Source of the DNA: an uncultured Clostridia bacterium
GTDB lineage: Bacteria > Bacillota > Clostridia > Christensenellales > CAG-138
Length of the DNA: 64,000 nucleotides
Assembly (NCBI GenBank): GCA_946625575.1
Contig: CAMOTD010000002.1
Coordinates: forward strand, 2,507-66,506
Direction of reading: 5' to 3'
Below, in pieces: positions 6,458 to 15,353 of this stretch. Within the stretch, counting starts at the first letter, position 1; the number at the start of each line of letters is the position of its first letter. A program made the position numbers and the translations under genes. The notes beneath the pieces were generated by a model. That model ran no database searches, was not told the DNA's origin, and worked only from the letters and a program-made list of their open reading frames with translations.

Positions 6458-7816
6458 ATGAAGATTATAATTGCAGGCTACGGCAAAGTCGGTTCTGCAC
6501 TCACAAGGCAGCTTTCCGCCGAAGGTTACGATCTTACCATTATCGATTCGAATAAGAAGAAGCTCGAATCCGGGCAGGAGCTTTACGACGTTTTGGGCGT
6601 GTACGGCAACTGCGCAACTATGGAGGTCCTGCGCGAGGCAGGCGTTATGAACGCTGATCTGCTTATTGCGGCGACCAGCGCGGATGAGATCAACCTCCTC
6701 TGCTGCCTCACGGCGCACAATCTCAATAAAAACATACATACCATCGCAAGGATAAGGACACCCGAATACAGCGAGCAGATCGTTATGATGCGCGATTCGC
6801 TGGGACTTTCGCTTCTCGTCAATCCCGAAAGGCAGGCTGCGCAGGAGATCGAGCGTCTTATCAAGTATCCGGGTTTTTCAAAGCGCGAGAAATTTGCTCA
6901 CGGCCGTGTTGAGATCGCCGAGCTTCGGGTTACGGCGGACAGCCTTCTCAACGAGCTTCCTCTCATGCAGCTTGAGAGCACGACAAAATGTCACTGCCTC
7001 ATCTGCGCCGTTTTGAGGAACGGTGAAGCGATCATTCCGAAGGGCAATTTCGTTTTGAAGGACGGCGACCGCGTATTCGTTACCGCAACCACGAACGAAC
7101 TCGCTCTCCTTCTTAAAAACCTCGGCATAGTCACGCACCGGGTAAAGCGCGTCATTATCTGCGGCGGCGGCAGGATAACCTATTATCTCGCTCAGATGCT
7201 CGAAAGGAGCAATACCTCCGTTCAGATAATCGAGCGCAGTCCCGAAAAATGCCTTGAGCTTGCGGAGCTTTTGCCCAAGGCGACCATATTGAACGGCGAC
7301 GTTTCCGATCTTACCCTCTGGCAGAGCGAAAGGCTCTCCTCCGATGACGCGATCGTTTCGATGACCGGTCTTGACGAGCTTAATATGATCGTGTCGCTTT
7401 TCGTAAAAAACAGCGGCGTTACGCAGGTCATCACAAAGCTCAGCCGCACCGAGAGCTCTCAGGTGCTCGATCATCTTTCAATCGGAAGCGTGATCTGTCC
7501 CAAAGACCTGTGCAGCAACACGATCGTTGGATACGTCCGCGGCATGAAAAACCAGACCGGCACATCCATCGCGGTGCACAGGATCGCCGACGGCAAGTCC
7601 GAAGCCGCCGAATTCCACATTACCAAGGACACCGCCAACTGCGGCGTTCCGCTTCGCAATATAAAGCTCAAAAAGGGTATGCTTATCGCGGCGATACTGC
7701 ACCTTTCCCAGTGCGTTATCCCGAACGGCGATTCGTGCTTCTATCCGGGAGATACGATCATCGTCGTATCCAACTCTGAGACGGGAGTCGCTCGCCTGAA
7801 CGATATTTTCGAGTGA
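6458..7816 (+). CDS. trkA: Trk system potassium uptake protein TrkA (two RCK/NAD-binding modules)
   Basis: MKIIIAGYGKVGSAL Rossmann motif, repeated at VIICGGGRITYYL. About 450 aa. Followed by trkH. ATG 6458 is chosen (GAGG RBS) over 6440. Confidence 0.9.
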   Translation: MKIIIAGYGKVGSALTRQLSAEGYDLTIIDSNKKKLESGQELYDVLGVYGNCATMEVLREAGVMNADLLIAATSADEINLLCCLTAHNLNKNIHTIARIRTPEYSEQIVMMRDSLGLSLLVNPERQAAQEIERLIKYPGFSKREKFAHGRVEIAELRVTADSLLNELPLMQLESTTKCHCLICAVLRNGEAIIPKGNFVLKDGDRVFVTATTNELALLLKNLGIVTHRVKRVIICGGGRITYYLAQMLERSNTSVQIIERSPEKCLELAELLPKATILNGDVSDLTLWQSERLSSDDAIVSMTGLDELNMIVSLFVKNSGVTQVITKLSRTESSQVLDHLSIGSVICPKDLCSNTIVGYVRGMKNQTGTSIAVHRIADGKSEAAEFHITKDTANCGVPLRNIKLKKGMLIAAILHLSQCVIPNGDSCFYPGDTIIVVSNSETGVARLNDIFE

Positions 7817-7828
7817 GGATGAAGCCTT

Positions 7829-9289
7829 ATGAACTTTAAGATGATAGGGCGAATAATATCGTTTATACTGATCGTGGAATCCGCCTTCATGGTTCCCGGA
7901 ATGCTTTTATGCGCATTCGGCGGGCAGACGCGTTCCGCGGTGGCATTCCTCATCTCCATAGGCATAATTCTTGCCGTTGCCGGGATACTGCAGCTTCTTA
8001 CAAGGAAAGCCATTAAGGGCTTCTACTCGCGCGACGGTCTCGTCTGCGTCGGTCTCTCCTGGCTCACTATGAGCCTCTTCGGAGCGCTTCCCTTCGTTAT
8101 CTCGCGTGAGATACCCAATTACATCGACGCGCTGTTCGAGATCGCTTCCGGCTTCTCCACGACCGGCGCATCCATACTGAACGACGTCGAGGCGCTCTCG
8201 AAGGGCATGCTCCTTTGGCGTAGCACCAGCCATTGGCTCGGCGGTATGGGCGTGCTCGTGTTCCTTCTTGCGGTGGTCCCAATCAGCGGAAGGAACGACG
8301 GCTTTACGATGCATCTGCTGCGCGCGGAAAGCCCCGGTCCGGACGTCGGCAAGCTCGTCCCCAGGATGAAGCAGACCGCGATAATCCTCTACGGGTTATA
8401 CATACTCCTTACCGTTCTTGATTTTATCTTCCTCGTTATCGGCAGGATGCCCGTGTTCGACGCCGTTTGTATAGCGATCGGCACCGCCGGCACGGGAGGT
8501 TTCGGCGTGCTGAATTCGAGCATCGGCGGTTATTCCCCCTACATCCAGGTGGTCTGTACCGTGTTCATGTTCCTGTTCGGAGTTAACTTCACCTGCTATT
8601 ATCTTTTGTTCTGCGGCAAGATCAAAAATGTGCTGAAGGATGAGGAGCTCAGATGGTACCTCGGCATCGCTTCCGTCTGCATAATCGTCATAACGATCTC
8701 GCTTATGATCGCAAAAACATACGCCACATTCGGCGAAACTGTCCGCCATACTGCGTTCCAGGTCGCAAGTCTCCAATCCTCGACCGGTTTCTCGACGACT
8801 GACTTCGACCTGTGGCCGACGCTTCCCAAAGCCATTCTGTTCACACTTATGTTCATCGGCGCGAGCGCCGGTTCAACGGGCGGCGGCTTTAAGATCGGGC
8901 GCGTGCTGCTTATCGCCAAGATAATGCGCAGGAACGTTCGCCAGGTGCTCTATCCGCAGAAGGTGCTCGTCGTGCGTATGAACGGAAGGGTCGTCGACGA
9001 GAACGTCCTTCGCAACACCAACGCGTATCTTTGCGCCTACGTTTTCATTATAATTGCGAGCTTCCTCATAGTTTCGATAGATAATTTCTCCTCGATGACG
9101 AACCTCACCGCCGTTGTTTCATGCTTCAACAACATGGGCCCCGGTCTTGAGCAGATAGGTCCGACGCTGAATTACTCGAATTACAGCGTGCTCTCGAAGC
9201 TCGTGCTGATATTCGATATGCTCGCCGGCAGGCTTGAGATATTCCCGATACTCGTACTGCTTTCGAGGAGCGCCTGGAAACGGAGATAA
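7829..9289 (+). CDS. trkH: TrkH family potassium transporter
   Basis: 486-aa polytopic membrane protein with repeated selectivity-filter-like SGFSTTGAS / GTAGTGGFG / SSTGFSTT / GASAGSTGGGFK segments. Confidence 0.9.
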   Translation: MNFKMIGRIISFILIVESAFMVPGMLLCAFGGQTRSAVAFLISIGIILAVAGILQLLTRKAIKGFYSRDGLVCVGLSWLTMSLFGALPFVISREIPNYIDALFEIASGFSTTGASILNDVEALSKGMLLWRSTSHWLGGMGVLVFLLAVVPISGRNDGFTMHLLRAESPGPDVGKLVPRMKQTAIILYGLYILLTVLDFIFLVIGRMPVFDAVCIAIGTAGTGGFGVLNSSIGGYSPYIQVVCTVFMFLFGVNFTCYYLLFCGKIKNVLKDEELRWYLGIASVCIIVITISLMIAKTYATFGETVRHTAFQVASLQSSTGFSTTDFDLWPTLPKAILFTLMFIGASAGSTGGGFKIGRVLLIAKIMRRNVRQVLYPQKVLVVRMNGRVVDENVLRNTNAYLCAYVFIIIASFLIVSIDNFSSMTNLTAVVSCFNNMGPGLEQIGPTLNYSNYSVLSKLVLIFDMLAGRLEIFPILVLLSRSAWKRR

Positions 9290-9304
9290 TAAAAAGCCCG
9301 TAAT

Positions 9305-9334
9305 AAAAAAGCCTGTATGAACACAGGCTTTTTT
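9305..9334. terminator. bidirectional intrinsic terminator between convergent trkH and the Gx-transporter gene
   Basis: AAAAAAGCCTGT-ATGAA-CACAGGCTTTTTT. Confidence 0.7.
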
Positions 9335-9836
9335 ATTTGCCGAGCTTCGGATCTATCTTTGCGACGAGCACGGCGCCGACCGCGCCGACCGCGGCGCCCG
9401 TAAGCACGCCGCTTATTATCAGCGGAGGCAGCCAGAAAGCGATCTGGGCAGTATCGGTCAGTATTATCGCCATCAATATCTGCCCGACGTTATGAAATAC
9501 GGCGCCTATGACGCTTATTCCGACGGGCGAAAACGCCTTTATCCTCTTTCCTCCCGTCATGACCAGCATAGAAAGGATAGCGCCCGCCGCCGAATATGCA
9601 AGCGACGCGGCGTTCCCGAACAGCAGCGCCGTGAGCAGCACGCGTATCAGGCTGACGGGAGCCGCATAGCGCCAATCAAACTTCATAAGCAGAAATACTG
9701 CGACAAGATTGGCTAAACCGAGCTTTACTCCGGGAACGGCGAATGGAACGGGGATAAGCGTCTCAACGTATGAAAGCACCATCGCTGCAGCCGTGCATAC
9801 GCCGAGGAGCGTTATTGTTTTTGCGCTTCTGTTCAT
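9333..9836 (-). CDS. Gx transporter family protein (formerly annotated as heptaprenyl diphosphate synthase component I)
   Basis: 167-aa, 5-TM protein (LSYVETLIPVPFAVPGVKLGLANLV...FHNVGQIL). Family call from memory of PF07456-type sequences and from the usual pairing with a NusG-domain-II gene. Confidence 0.65.
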   Translation of the reverse strand: MNRSAKTITLLGVCTAAAMVLSYVETLIPVPFAVPGVKLGLANLVAVFLLMKFDWRYAAPVSLIRVLLTALLFGNAASLAYSAAGAILSMLVMTGGKRIKAFSPVGISVIGAVFHNVGQILMAIILTDTAQIAFWLPPLIISGVLTGAAVGAVGAVLVAKIDPKLGK

Positions 9837-10201
9837 AGCTCGGCGTCCACCCCGCTTCCGCCTTCAATACGGATTATCAGCTTGTGCGGAAGACAGATGA
9901 TCGTCTGCCCCGCCTTTGAAACTGGTCTCTGCTTAACGCAAAGCTTATCAGGACAATCCGCCGATTCAACGCTCGCTTTACCGTCCTTGATGACGAGAAC
10001 GTTCATATGACCGCCCTCCGAAGGAATTTCCGCGCGGATATCGGTATCGAGCGGATAGCTTGCAACGACCCTGCCGTTCAGCTCAACTACGGCGGTTTTC
10101 CCTTCACGCGAGGCAAGCCTTATAACGCCCCATACGGCGAATGCCGCCGCAAGAAGCGCCGCAAGCAGAATTATGTCGTTCCTCAGCTTCCTTTTATCCA
10201 T
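9833..10201 (-). CDS. NusG domain II-containing membrane-anchored protein
   Basis: 122 aa. N-terminal TM anchor, then VELNGRVVASYPLDTD...VIKDGKASVESADCPDKLCVKQRPVSKAGQTIICLPHKL, matching the NusG_II (ex-DUF1312) pattern with C-x3-C. Confidence 0.65.
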   Translation of the reverse strand: MDKRKLRNDIILLAALLAAAFAVWGVIRLASREGKTAVVELNGRVVASYPLDTDIRAEIPSEGGHMNVLVIKDGKASVESADCPDKLCVKQRPVSKAGQTIICLPHKLIIRIEGGSGVDAEL

Positions 10202-10204
10202 CCG

Positions 10205-10238
10205 AAAAGATAAAGCTGCCCCGTGTACAGGGCAGCTT
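10205..10238 (-). terminator. hairpin (possible partial terminator) between rnfB and the NusG-II gene
   Basis: AAGCTGCCC-N8-GGGCAGCTT, followed on the minus strand by TATCTTTT. Confidence 0.4.
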
Positions 10239-10245
10239 CAAAACG

Positions 10246-11061
10246 TTAAAACCTGTGACTGCCGGAGAAATCGGCGAATTTGATCGCCTTTACCGGGCAC
10301 TTCTCGGCGCATTTGCCGCAGCTTATGCACTTATCGTAATCGATGACGGCAAGATTGTTCTCGAGCCTGATCGCGCCCTGTTCGCAGTTTCTCACACAAA
10401 GACCGCAGCCGAGACAGCCGGCGGTGCATTTGCCGCGAACGACAGCGCCCTTCTCATGATTTGAACAAACGACGACGACCCTTCTTACGTCCGGGAAGAG
10501 CTCAATAAGATGATTCGGGCAGGTCTTAGCGCACATACCGCAACCGATGCATTTCCTCGTATCGACGTGCGCTATGCCGTTTTCGATGCAGATGGCGTCC
10601 TGCGGGCAGGCGCGCTGACAATCGCCGAGACCTATACATCCCTGAGTGCACATCCTGGAGCCGCCGTAAAGCATCTGGGCGGCAGCGCAGGACTCTATGC
10701 CTTCATACGTGTACCTTTCCTTACGGTTAAAGCAATCGCCGCTGCAATGGACGAATGCGACCTGTTCGATCACGTCCTCCGCCTCTATGCCAAGCACGTC
10801 GGCGATCTTTTTGGCGACCGCGTCGGCGCCGGGGACGCATAGATTCGCTTTGGTACCGGGGACCTGGGCAAGGGCTTTCGCGTAACCGTCGCAGCCTGTA
10901 AAACCGCAGGCGCCGCAGTTTGCCCCGGGAAGGCACTCGCGCACCTTGACCTCCGTCTCGTTAACGGGCACGCTCATGAAATGCGAAGCGACGGCAAGCG
11001 CAGCCGCGCATACGACGCCGATAACGGTAACTACAATTATCGCTAATAATATCGGACTCAT
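10246..11061 (-). CDS. rnfB: Rnf electron transport complex subunit B (polyferredoxin)
   Basis: MSPILLAIIVVTVIG TM anchor, CLPGANCGACGFTGC motif, then several CxxCxxCxxxCP ferredoxin motifs. Start set at ATG 11061; the 54-codon extension in the ORF track overlaps rnfA and is Arg-rich nonsense. Confidence 0.9.
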   Translation of the reverse strand: MSPILLAIIVVTVIGVVCAAALAVASHFMSVPVNETEVKVRECLPGANCGACGFTGCDGYAKALAQVPGTKANLCVPGADAVAKKIADVLGIEAEDVIEQVAFVHCSGDCFNRKERYTYEGIESCAAAQMLYGGSRMCTQGCIGLGDCQRACPQDAICIENGIAHVDTRKCIGCGMCAKTCPNHLIELFPDVRRVVVVCSNHEKGAVVRGKCTAGCLGCGLCVRNCEQGAIRLENNLAVIDYDKCISCGKCAEKCPVKAIKFADFSGSHRF

Positions 11062-11065
11062 ATCA

Positions 11066-11668
11066 TCACTCCCCAAACAAAGCTGTAACGATACCGCCGA
11101 AGCCGTAGAACGCCAGCGAAACAATCGACGCAGCGGCAAGCGTGATGGGTATGCCGCGGAACGCCCTGGGGGGATCCGCCTCCTCCATCCTCTCGCGAAC
11201 GCCGGCGAAAATGACCATTGCAAGCAGGAAGCCGAGTCCGCAACCCAGAGAGCTGACCATCGACTGGAGGAAATTGTACCCGTCGGTGATATTGTTGATG
11301 GTGACGCCGAGCACCGCGCAGTTGGTCGTGATCAGCGGCAGATACACGCCGAGCGATTTATGCAGCGCGGGCAGGAACTTCTTGAGTACGATCTCAACGA
11401 ACTGAACGAGCGCGGCAATGACGAGTATGAACACGATCGTCTGCAGGTACCCCATATTGAACCTGTCGAGCAGGTATGTCTGTATGGGCCATGTGACTGC
11501 CGTCGCGAGCAGCATGACGAATATTACCGCAACGCCCATGCCGGACGCCTGATCGAGCTTTTTGGATACGCCAAGGAAGGGACAGATGCCCAAAAACTTA
11601 GACAGCACGTAGTTGTTGACCAGTACGGACATCATAATTATCTTGAGCAGAAGCTTAAACGTTGCCAT
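11066..11668 (-). CDS. rnfA: Rnf electron transport complex subunit A
   Basis: 200-aa polytopic protein; NNYVLSKFLGICPFLGVS is the RnfA/NqrE signature. Confidence 0.9.
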   Translation of the reverse strand: MATFKLLLKIIMMSVLVNNYVLSKFLGICPFLGVSKKLDQASGMGVAVIFVMLLATAVTWPIQTYLLDRFNMGYLQTIVFILVIAALVQFVEIVLKKFLPALHKSLGVYLPLITTNCAVLGVTINNITDGYNFLQSMVSSLGCGLGFLLAMVIFAGVRERMEEADPPRAFRGIPITLAAASIVSLAFYGFGGIVTALFGE

Positions 11669-12362
11669 TTGCTTCGCCTCCCTTCTCGGTATTTACGCCG
11701 CAGGAAGCGCAGTCCTTACGGCAGAACGACGCGGAGGGACAGCCCTCGCAGTCGAAGGTCTTTTTCTTGGGAGCCTTGCCGCGGGTAACTGCGGCAACGA
11801 GCGCGATAAGGCAGCCGAATACGAGGAAGCCGCCCGGAGGCGCCACAAGAATGGGGATCTTGTAGTTCTGGAGGAAGCCGATCGCGTGGCCGGCGAAGCT
11901 CGCGTTGCCGAGCACCTCGCGGATTATTGCCATTGCAAGCAGCGCGAGCGTGAAGCCGAAGCCCATACCGAGACCGTCGAGCGCGGACTCGAACACGTTG
12001 TGCTTGTTGGCGAACATCTCCGCCCTGCCCAATATGATGCAGTTGACGACGATCAGCGCAAGATAAACGCCGAGCATATCGTAAAGATCTGGCAGATACG
12101 CTTCCATCAGCATCTGCACCAGCGTAACGAAGCCCGCGATTACGACTATGTAGCAGGGGATCCTGACGGTATCGGGAATAACCTTACGCAGGAGCGAGAT
12201 AACGGCGTTGGAGCAGATGAGCACGCAGGTCGCGGCAAGTCCCATGGCGATCGCATTGACGACGCTGACGCTCATGGCAAGCGTGGGACAGGTGCCGAGG
12301 ACCAGCACGAGAACGGGATTCTCCTTTAAGAGACCGTTGGTAAGTATTCTAAGCTTTTTCAT
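11655..12362 (-). CDS. rnfE: Rnf electron transport complex subunit E, with a C-terminal Cys-rich tail
   Basis: LKENPVLVLVLGTCPTLA RnfE/NqrD signature. Extra hydrophilic tail ...FDCEGCPSASFCRKDCASCGVN. Confidence 0.9.
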   Translation of the reverse strand: MKKLRILTNGLLKENPVLVLVLGTCPTLAMSVSVVNAIAMGLAATCVLICSNAVISLLRKVIPDTVRIPCYIVVIAGFVTLVQMLMEAYLPDLYDMLGVYLALIVVNCIILGRAEMFANKHNVFESALDGLGMGFGFTLALLAMAIIREVLGNASFAGHAIGFLQNYKIPILVAPPGGFLVFGCLIALVAAVTRGKAPKKKTFDCEGCPSASFCRKDCASCGVNTEKGGEANGNV

Positions 12363-12892
12363 TCAGCGGCACCCCCTCCGATGAGTTTGAAGCATTCAAA
12401 TGCGTCGCCGAGCGCTTTCTTGAATGCCTTTGAGGAATAGGTCACACCCGAGAACGTGTCGACGTCCGCGTAATCCGAGCTGTTCTTGCCCACGAAATTC
12501 TGCGGATAAGTATCTCTGCCGAAATCCTTGGACTCAAAATATGAAGTCAGCTTAATGCCGAGTATCTCTCCGTCCTTCGACATGCCGACCGTTATGCCCA
12601 TATCGCCGTTGGAATACGCGGAGGTCGTCGCAAGCACGATGGCATATTCGTCGTCATTTATCCGATAGACCGATTTAACGGTGGACGGCGTCCCCTCGGG
12701 AAGATCGGTGATCTGCTCCATTTTGGTCATATCGGGAAGCACCTCTTTAAGGGAATCCACGATCTTCTGCTGACGCGTTTTTTCAACTACGGGCGAGGTG
12801 AAGTGGTTGGTGACGGCAAGCAGCGCGGCAACGATAAGACAGATAGCCGTGAGCACGATTATGCTCTTTACGTTGAATTTCGGCTTGTTCAT
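12359..12892 (-). CDS. rnfG: Rnf electron transport complex subunit G (FMN-binding)
   Basis: 177 aa. N-terminal TM anchor and FMN_bind-like C-terminus (DTFSGVTYSSKAFKKAL, the S/T flavinylation motif context). Confidence 0.85.
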   Translation of the reverse strand: MNKPKFNVKSIIVLTAICLIVAALLAVTNHFTSPVVEKTRQQKIVDSLKEVLPDMTKMEQITDLPEGTPSTVKSVYRINDDEYAIVLATTSAYSNGDMGITVGMSKDGEILGIKLTSYFESKDFGRDTYPQNFVGKNSSDYADVDTFSGVTYSSKAFKKALGDAFECFKLIGGGAAE

Positions 12893-13842
12893 GCTTTCAC
12901 CTCCCCAAGAGGCTTCCTTCTCGTCAGCTTCTCAATGTAATTGGTAAGAAGATTCATGAGAAGGATCGAGAACGAAACGCCCTCCGGATATGAGCCGAAC
13001 CTTCTTATGAGCACGGTCAGCAGCGCGCAGCCGAGGCCGAACACCGCCTTGCCGAGATTCGAGGTCGGCGTTGTGGAATAATCCGTCGCCATGAATATCG
13101 CTCCGATCAGCAGACCGCCGGAGAGCACCTGATAAAGCGCAAGCCCGGCGTTCTTATAGATAAGCCACGAAAGCAGAAAGACCGTACCGACGTAAACGAC
13201 GGTGGTATGCCAAGTGATGACCTTCCTGATCATCAAATAGGCAAAGCCGATGAGCAGCGCTATCGCGCAGGTCTCGCCGATCGCGCCGCCGCGAAGACCG
13301 AAGAGCATATCGGTCAGCTTAGGCAGCGAAGCCACGTCCCCCGCCTTGAACAAAGCGAGCGGCGTGGGGGAAGCGACGGTATCGGGCGCGATCTTGATAT
13401 TCGCGACGGAGCCCATCGTACCGGTAAACGCGATCAGCATGAACACGCGCGCGGTCGCCGCGGGATTGGCGAAGTTCTTTCCGAGCCCGCCGAAGAGGCA
13501 TTTTACGACGATTATCGCAAACAGGCTTCCGACTATGCAGGGGAAGACGTCCACCGAAGCCGGAAGATTCAGACCGAGTATCATGCCGGTGACTATCGCC
13601 GAAAGATCGCCAATGGTCTGTTTGCGCTTTGTAATGAGGCTGAACAGCGCCTCTCCCGCAAGGCAGGAGGCGACGCAGACCGCGACTACGAGCAGCGAGC
13701 GCCAGCCGAATATGACCGTTCCGGCAATAAGCGCCGGGCAGAGGGCGATTATCACGTCAAGCATGATGCCCCTTGTGGAACGCCCGGAGTTTATATGCGG
13801 CGAAACGGAAACCACAAGATTGTTGTTCTCTTTCTGCTCCAT
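12889..13842 (-). CDS. rnfD: Rnf electron transport complex subunit D
   Basis: 317-aa polytopic protein; SVSPHI..., ...GGAIGETCA..., ...MATDYSTTP match RnfD/NqrB. Confidence 0.9.
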   Translation of the reverse strand: MEQKENNNLVVSVSPHINSGRSTRGIMLDVIIALCPALIAGTVIFGWRSLLVVAVCVASCLAGEALFSLITKRKQTIGDLSAIVTGMILGLNLPASVDVFPCIVGSLFAIIVVKCLFGGLGKNFANPAATARVFMLIAFTGTMGSVANIKIAPDTVASPTPLALFKAGDVASLPKLTDMLFGLRGGAIGETCAIALLIGFAYLMIRKVITWHTTVVYVGTVFLLSWLIYKNAGLALYQVLSGGLLIGAIFMATDYSTTPTSNLGKAVFGLGCALLTVLIRRFGSYPEGVSFSILLMNLLTNYIEKLTRRKPLGEVKA

Positions 13843-15174
13843 TTACGCTTTATCTCCTTTTTGAGAATTCTGCCAATTCCTGAGCATGATCTTGGCGAGC
13901 TTATGCCTCTGTACTATGCGCTGATGCGCGGGACAGACGAACGCGCAGGCGCCGCATTCCATGCAGAGATTTACCTTGAGCTTATTGAGGGAGGCGCCGT
14001 CGGCCATGTTGAACGCCTTGGCGATCGCGGGCGGATTCAAACGCATCGGGCAGTGATTGACGCAGTTGCCGCACCTGATGCAGGGCGTTTCCTCCGGAAC
14101 GATCGAATCCTTTTTGTTGAAGGCGAGCAGCGCGTTGGTGTTCTTAAGCACGGGCGCGTCGAGATCGGGCATCGCGATACCCATCATGGGCCCGCCGTAA
14201 AGGAGCTTGCCGGGTTCCTCCTTGAAGCCGCCGCAGAACTCGATGATATCCCTGATCCTCGTACCGATCGGAGCAAGAACGTTCTTGGGCTCCTTAACGG
14301 CGGAACCGTCGACCGTCACTATCTTTTCAACGAGCGGCATACCCGTTTCGATATAGTTCTCAATATTGGCGAGAGTGGTGACGTTCATAATAATGACGCC
14401 GACGTCGAGCGGGAGCTTCCCTTCCGGGACGACCCTGCCGACGGTGTTGTAGATCAGCACCTTCTCACCGCCCTGCGGGTAGACGGGCGGGAGCGCCTTA
14501 ACGATAATGTGCGGATCGTCCGCAAAGCGCTTTTTGAGCTTTGCAATCGACTTGGGCTTATTGTTCTCAACGCCGATATAAACCGCCTTGGGCTTAAGGT
14601 ACTCCGATATACGGCGAACGCCCCTCTCGACAAGATCGGTATGATCGAGCATCGTCCTTGTATCGCTTGTTATGTAAGGTTCGCACTCTGCGCCGTTTAT
14701 GAGGAAATACTCCGCCTGGTCGATATCCTTTATCGCGAGCTTGACGCTCGTCGGGAAGCCCGCGCCGCCGAGACCGACAATACCGCTTGCCCTTACGGCT
14801 TCAGCAAGGTCGGAAAGCGAGTTGATCTCGGGCTTCGTTATGCCGGAATAGGGACGCATTTCCCCGTCGGATTCAATAAAGACAGCAGGCGCGTTCCTGC
14901 CGTTCGAAAGAACGATATCCTCTACCTTCTTAACGGTACCCGAAATCGAAGCGTGTATCGGAGCGGATATGAAGCCGCCCGACTCCGCTATGAGCTGACC
15001 CACCTCCACCTTATCGCCCGCCTTGACGATGGGCTTTGCCGGTGCGCCGATGTGCATTACCGTCGGGATAACGACCGACTTGGGCGGCGGCATCCTTACC
15101 GGCTCCATTCCGGAGGTATTCTTCCTGTGAGGAACGTGCACCCCCGAAAGCGGATCAAAAAACTTCTTTGACAT
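13843..15174 (-). CDS. rnfC: Rnf electron transport complex subunit C
   Basis: 443 aa; GLGGAGFPT NADH/FMN site and two 4Fe-4S motifs (CIRCGNCVNHCP, CMECGACAFVCP). Confidence 0.92.
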   Translation of the reverse strand: MSKKFFDPLSGVHVPHRKNTSGMEPVRMPPPKSVVIPTVMHIGAPAKPIVKAGDKVEVGQLIAESGGFISAPIHASISGTVKKVEDIVLSNGRNAPAVFIESDGEMRPYSGITKPEINSLSDLAEAVRASGIVGLGGAGFPTSVKLAIKDIDQAEYFLINGAECEPYITSDTRTMLDHTDLVERGVRRISEYLKPKAVYIGVENNKPKSIAKLKKRFADDPHIIVKALPPVYPQGGEKVLIYNTVGRVVPEGKLPLDVGVIIMNVTTLANIENYIETGMPLVEKIVTVDGSAVKEPKNVLAPIGTRIRDIIEFCGGFKEEPGKLLYGGPMMGIAMPDLDAPVLKNTNALLAFNKKDSIVPEETPCIRCGNCVNHCPMRLNPPAIAKAFNMADGASLNKLKVNLCMECGACAFVCPAHQRIVQRHKLAKIMLRNWQNSQKGDKA

Positions 15175-15260
15175 TGTTTCTCCGATCTGCCGTTACACGG
15201 CCTGAAAATTGGCATTTCGGTTATGAAACGCCGCGTGAGAACAAATTTCTACTAATATCA

Positions 15261-15289
15261 ATTATACCACCGAATATATTTAGCGTCAA
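15261..15289 (-). promoter_or_regulatory. sigma-A type promoter of the rnf operon (TTGACG-17-TATAAT)
   Basis: Minus strand TTGACGCTAAATATATTCGGTGGTATAAT, about 85 nt upstream of the rnfC ATG. Confidence 0.5.
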
Positions 15290-15296
15290 TGACTAA

Positions 15297-15325
15297 TTGA
15301 CTCCGACGTGCCTTTGAGTTATAAT
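15297..15325 (+). promoter_or_regulatory. sigma-A type promoter (TTGACT-17-TATAAT) for the DUF3810 gene
   Basis: Hexamers at 15297-15302 and 15320-15325. Confidence 0.5.
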
Positions 15326-15353
15326 TTCATCATCATTTAATGCGGAGGAAACA

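Noticed and set aside
11062-11223. N-terminal 54-codon extension of rnfB in the ORF track
   Set aside because: It overlaps the rnfA 3' end and is an Arg/Pro-rich non-protein-like sequence. MSPILLAIIVV... at ATG 11061 gives the canonical RnfB TM anchor.
13207-15171. 654-aa + strand ORF, and similar long antisense ORFs (18669..19781, 24976..26370, 27582..28580, 28565..29506, 29518..30408, 30249..31151, 35666..36580, 44750..45568, 46476..47690, 48632..49801, 52895..54004, 58800..60038)
   Set aside because: Each lies opposite a well-supported conserved gene (rnfC/D, glmM, murF, potDCBA, asnS, hutI/U/H, hisS, obg/nth). Their translations are Arg/Gly/Asp/His-rich low-complexity sequence typical of stop-poor antisense frames in high-G+C DNA.
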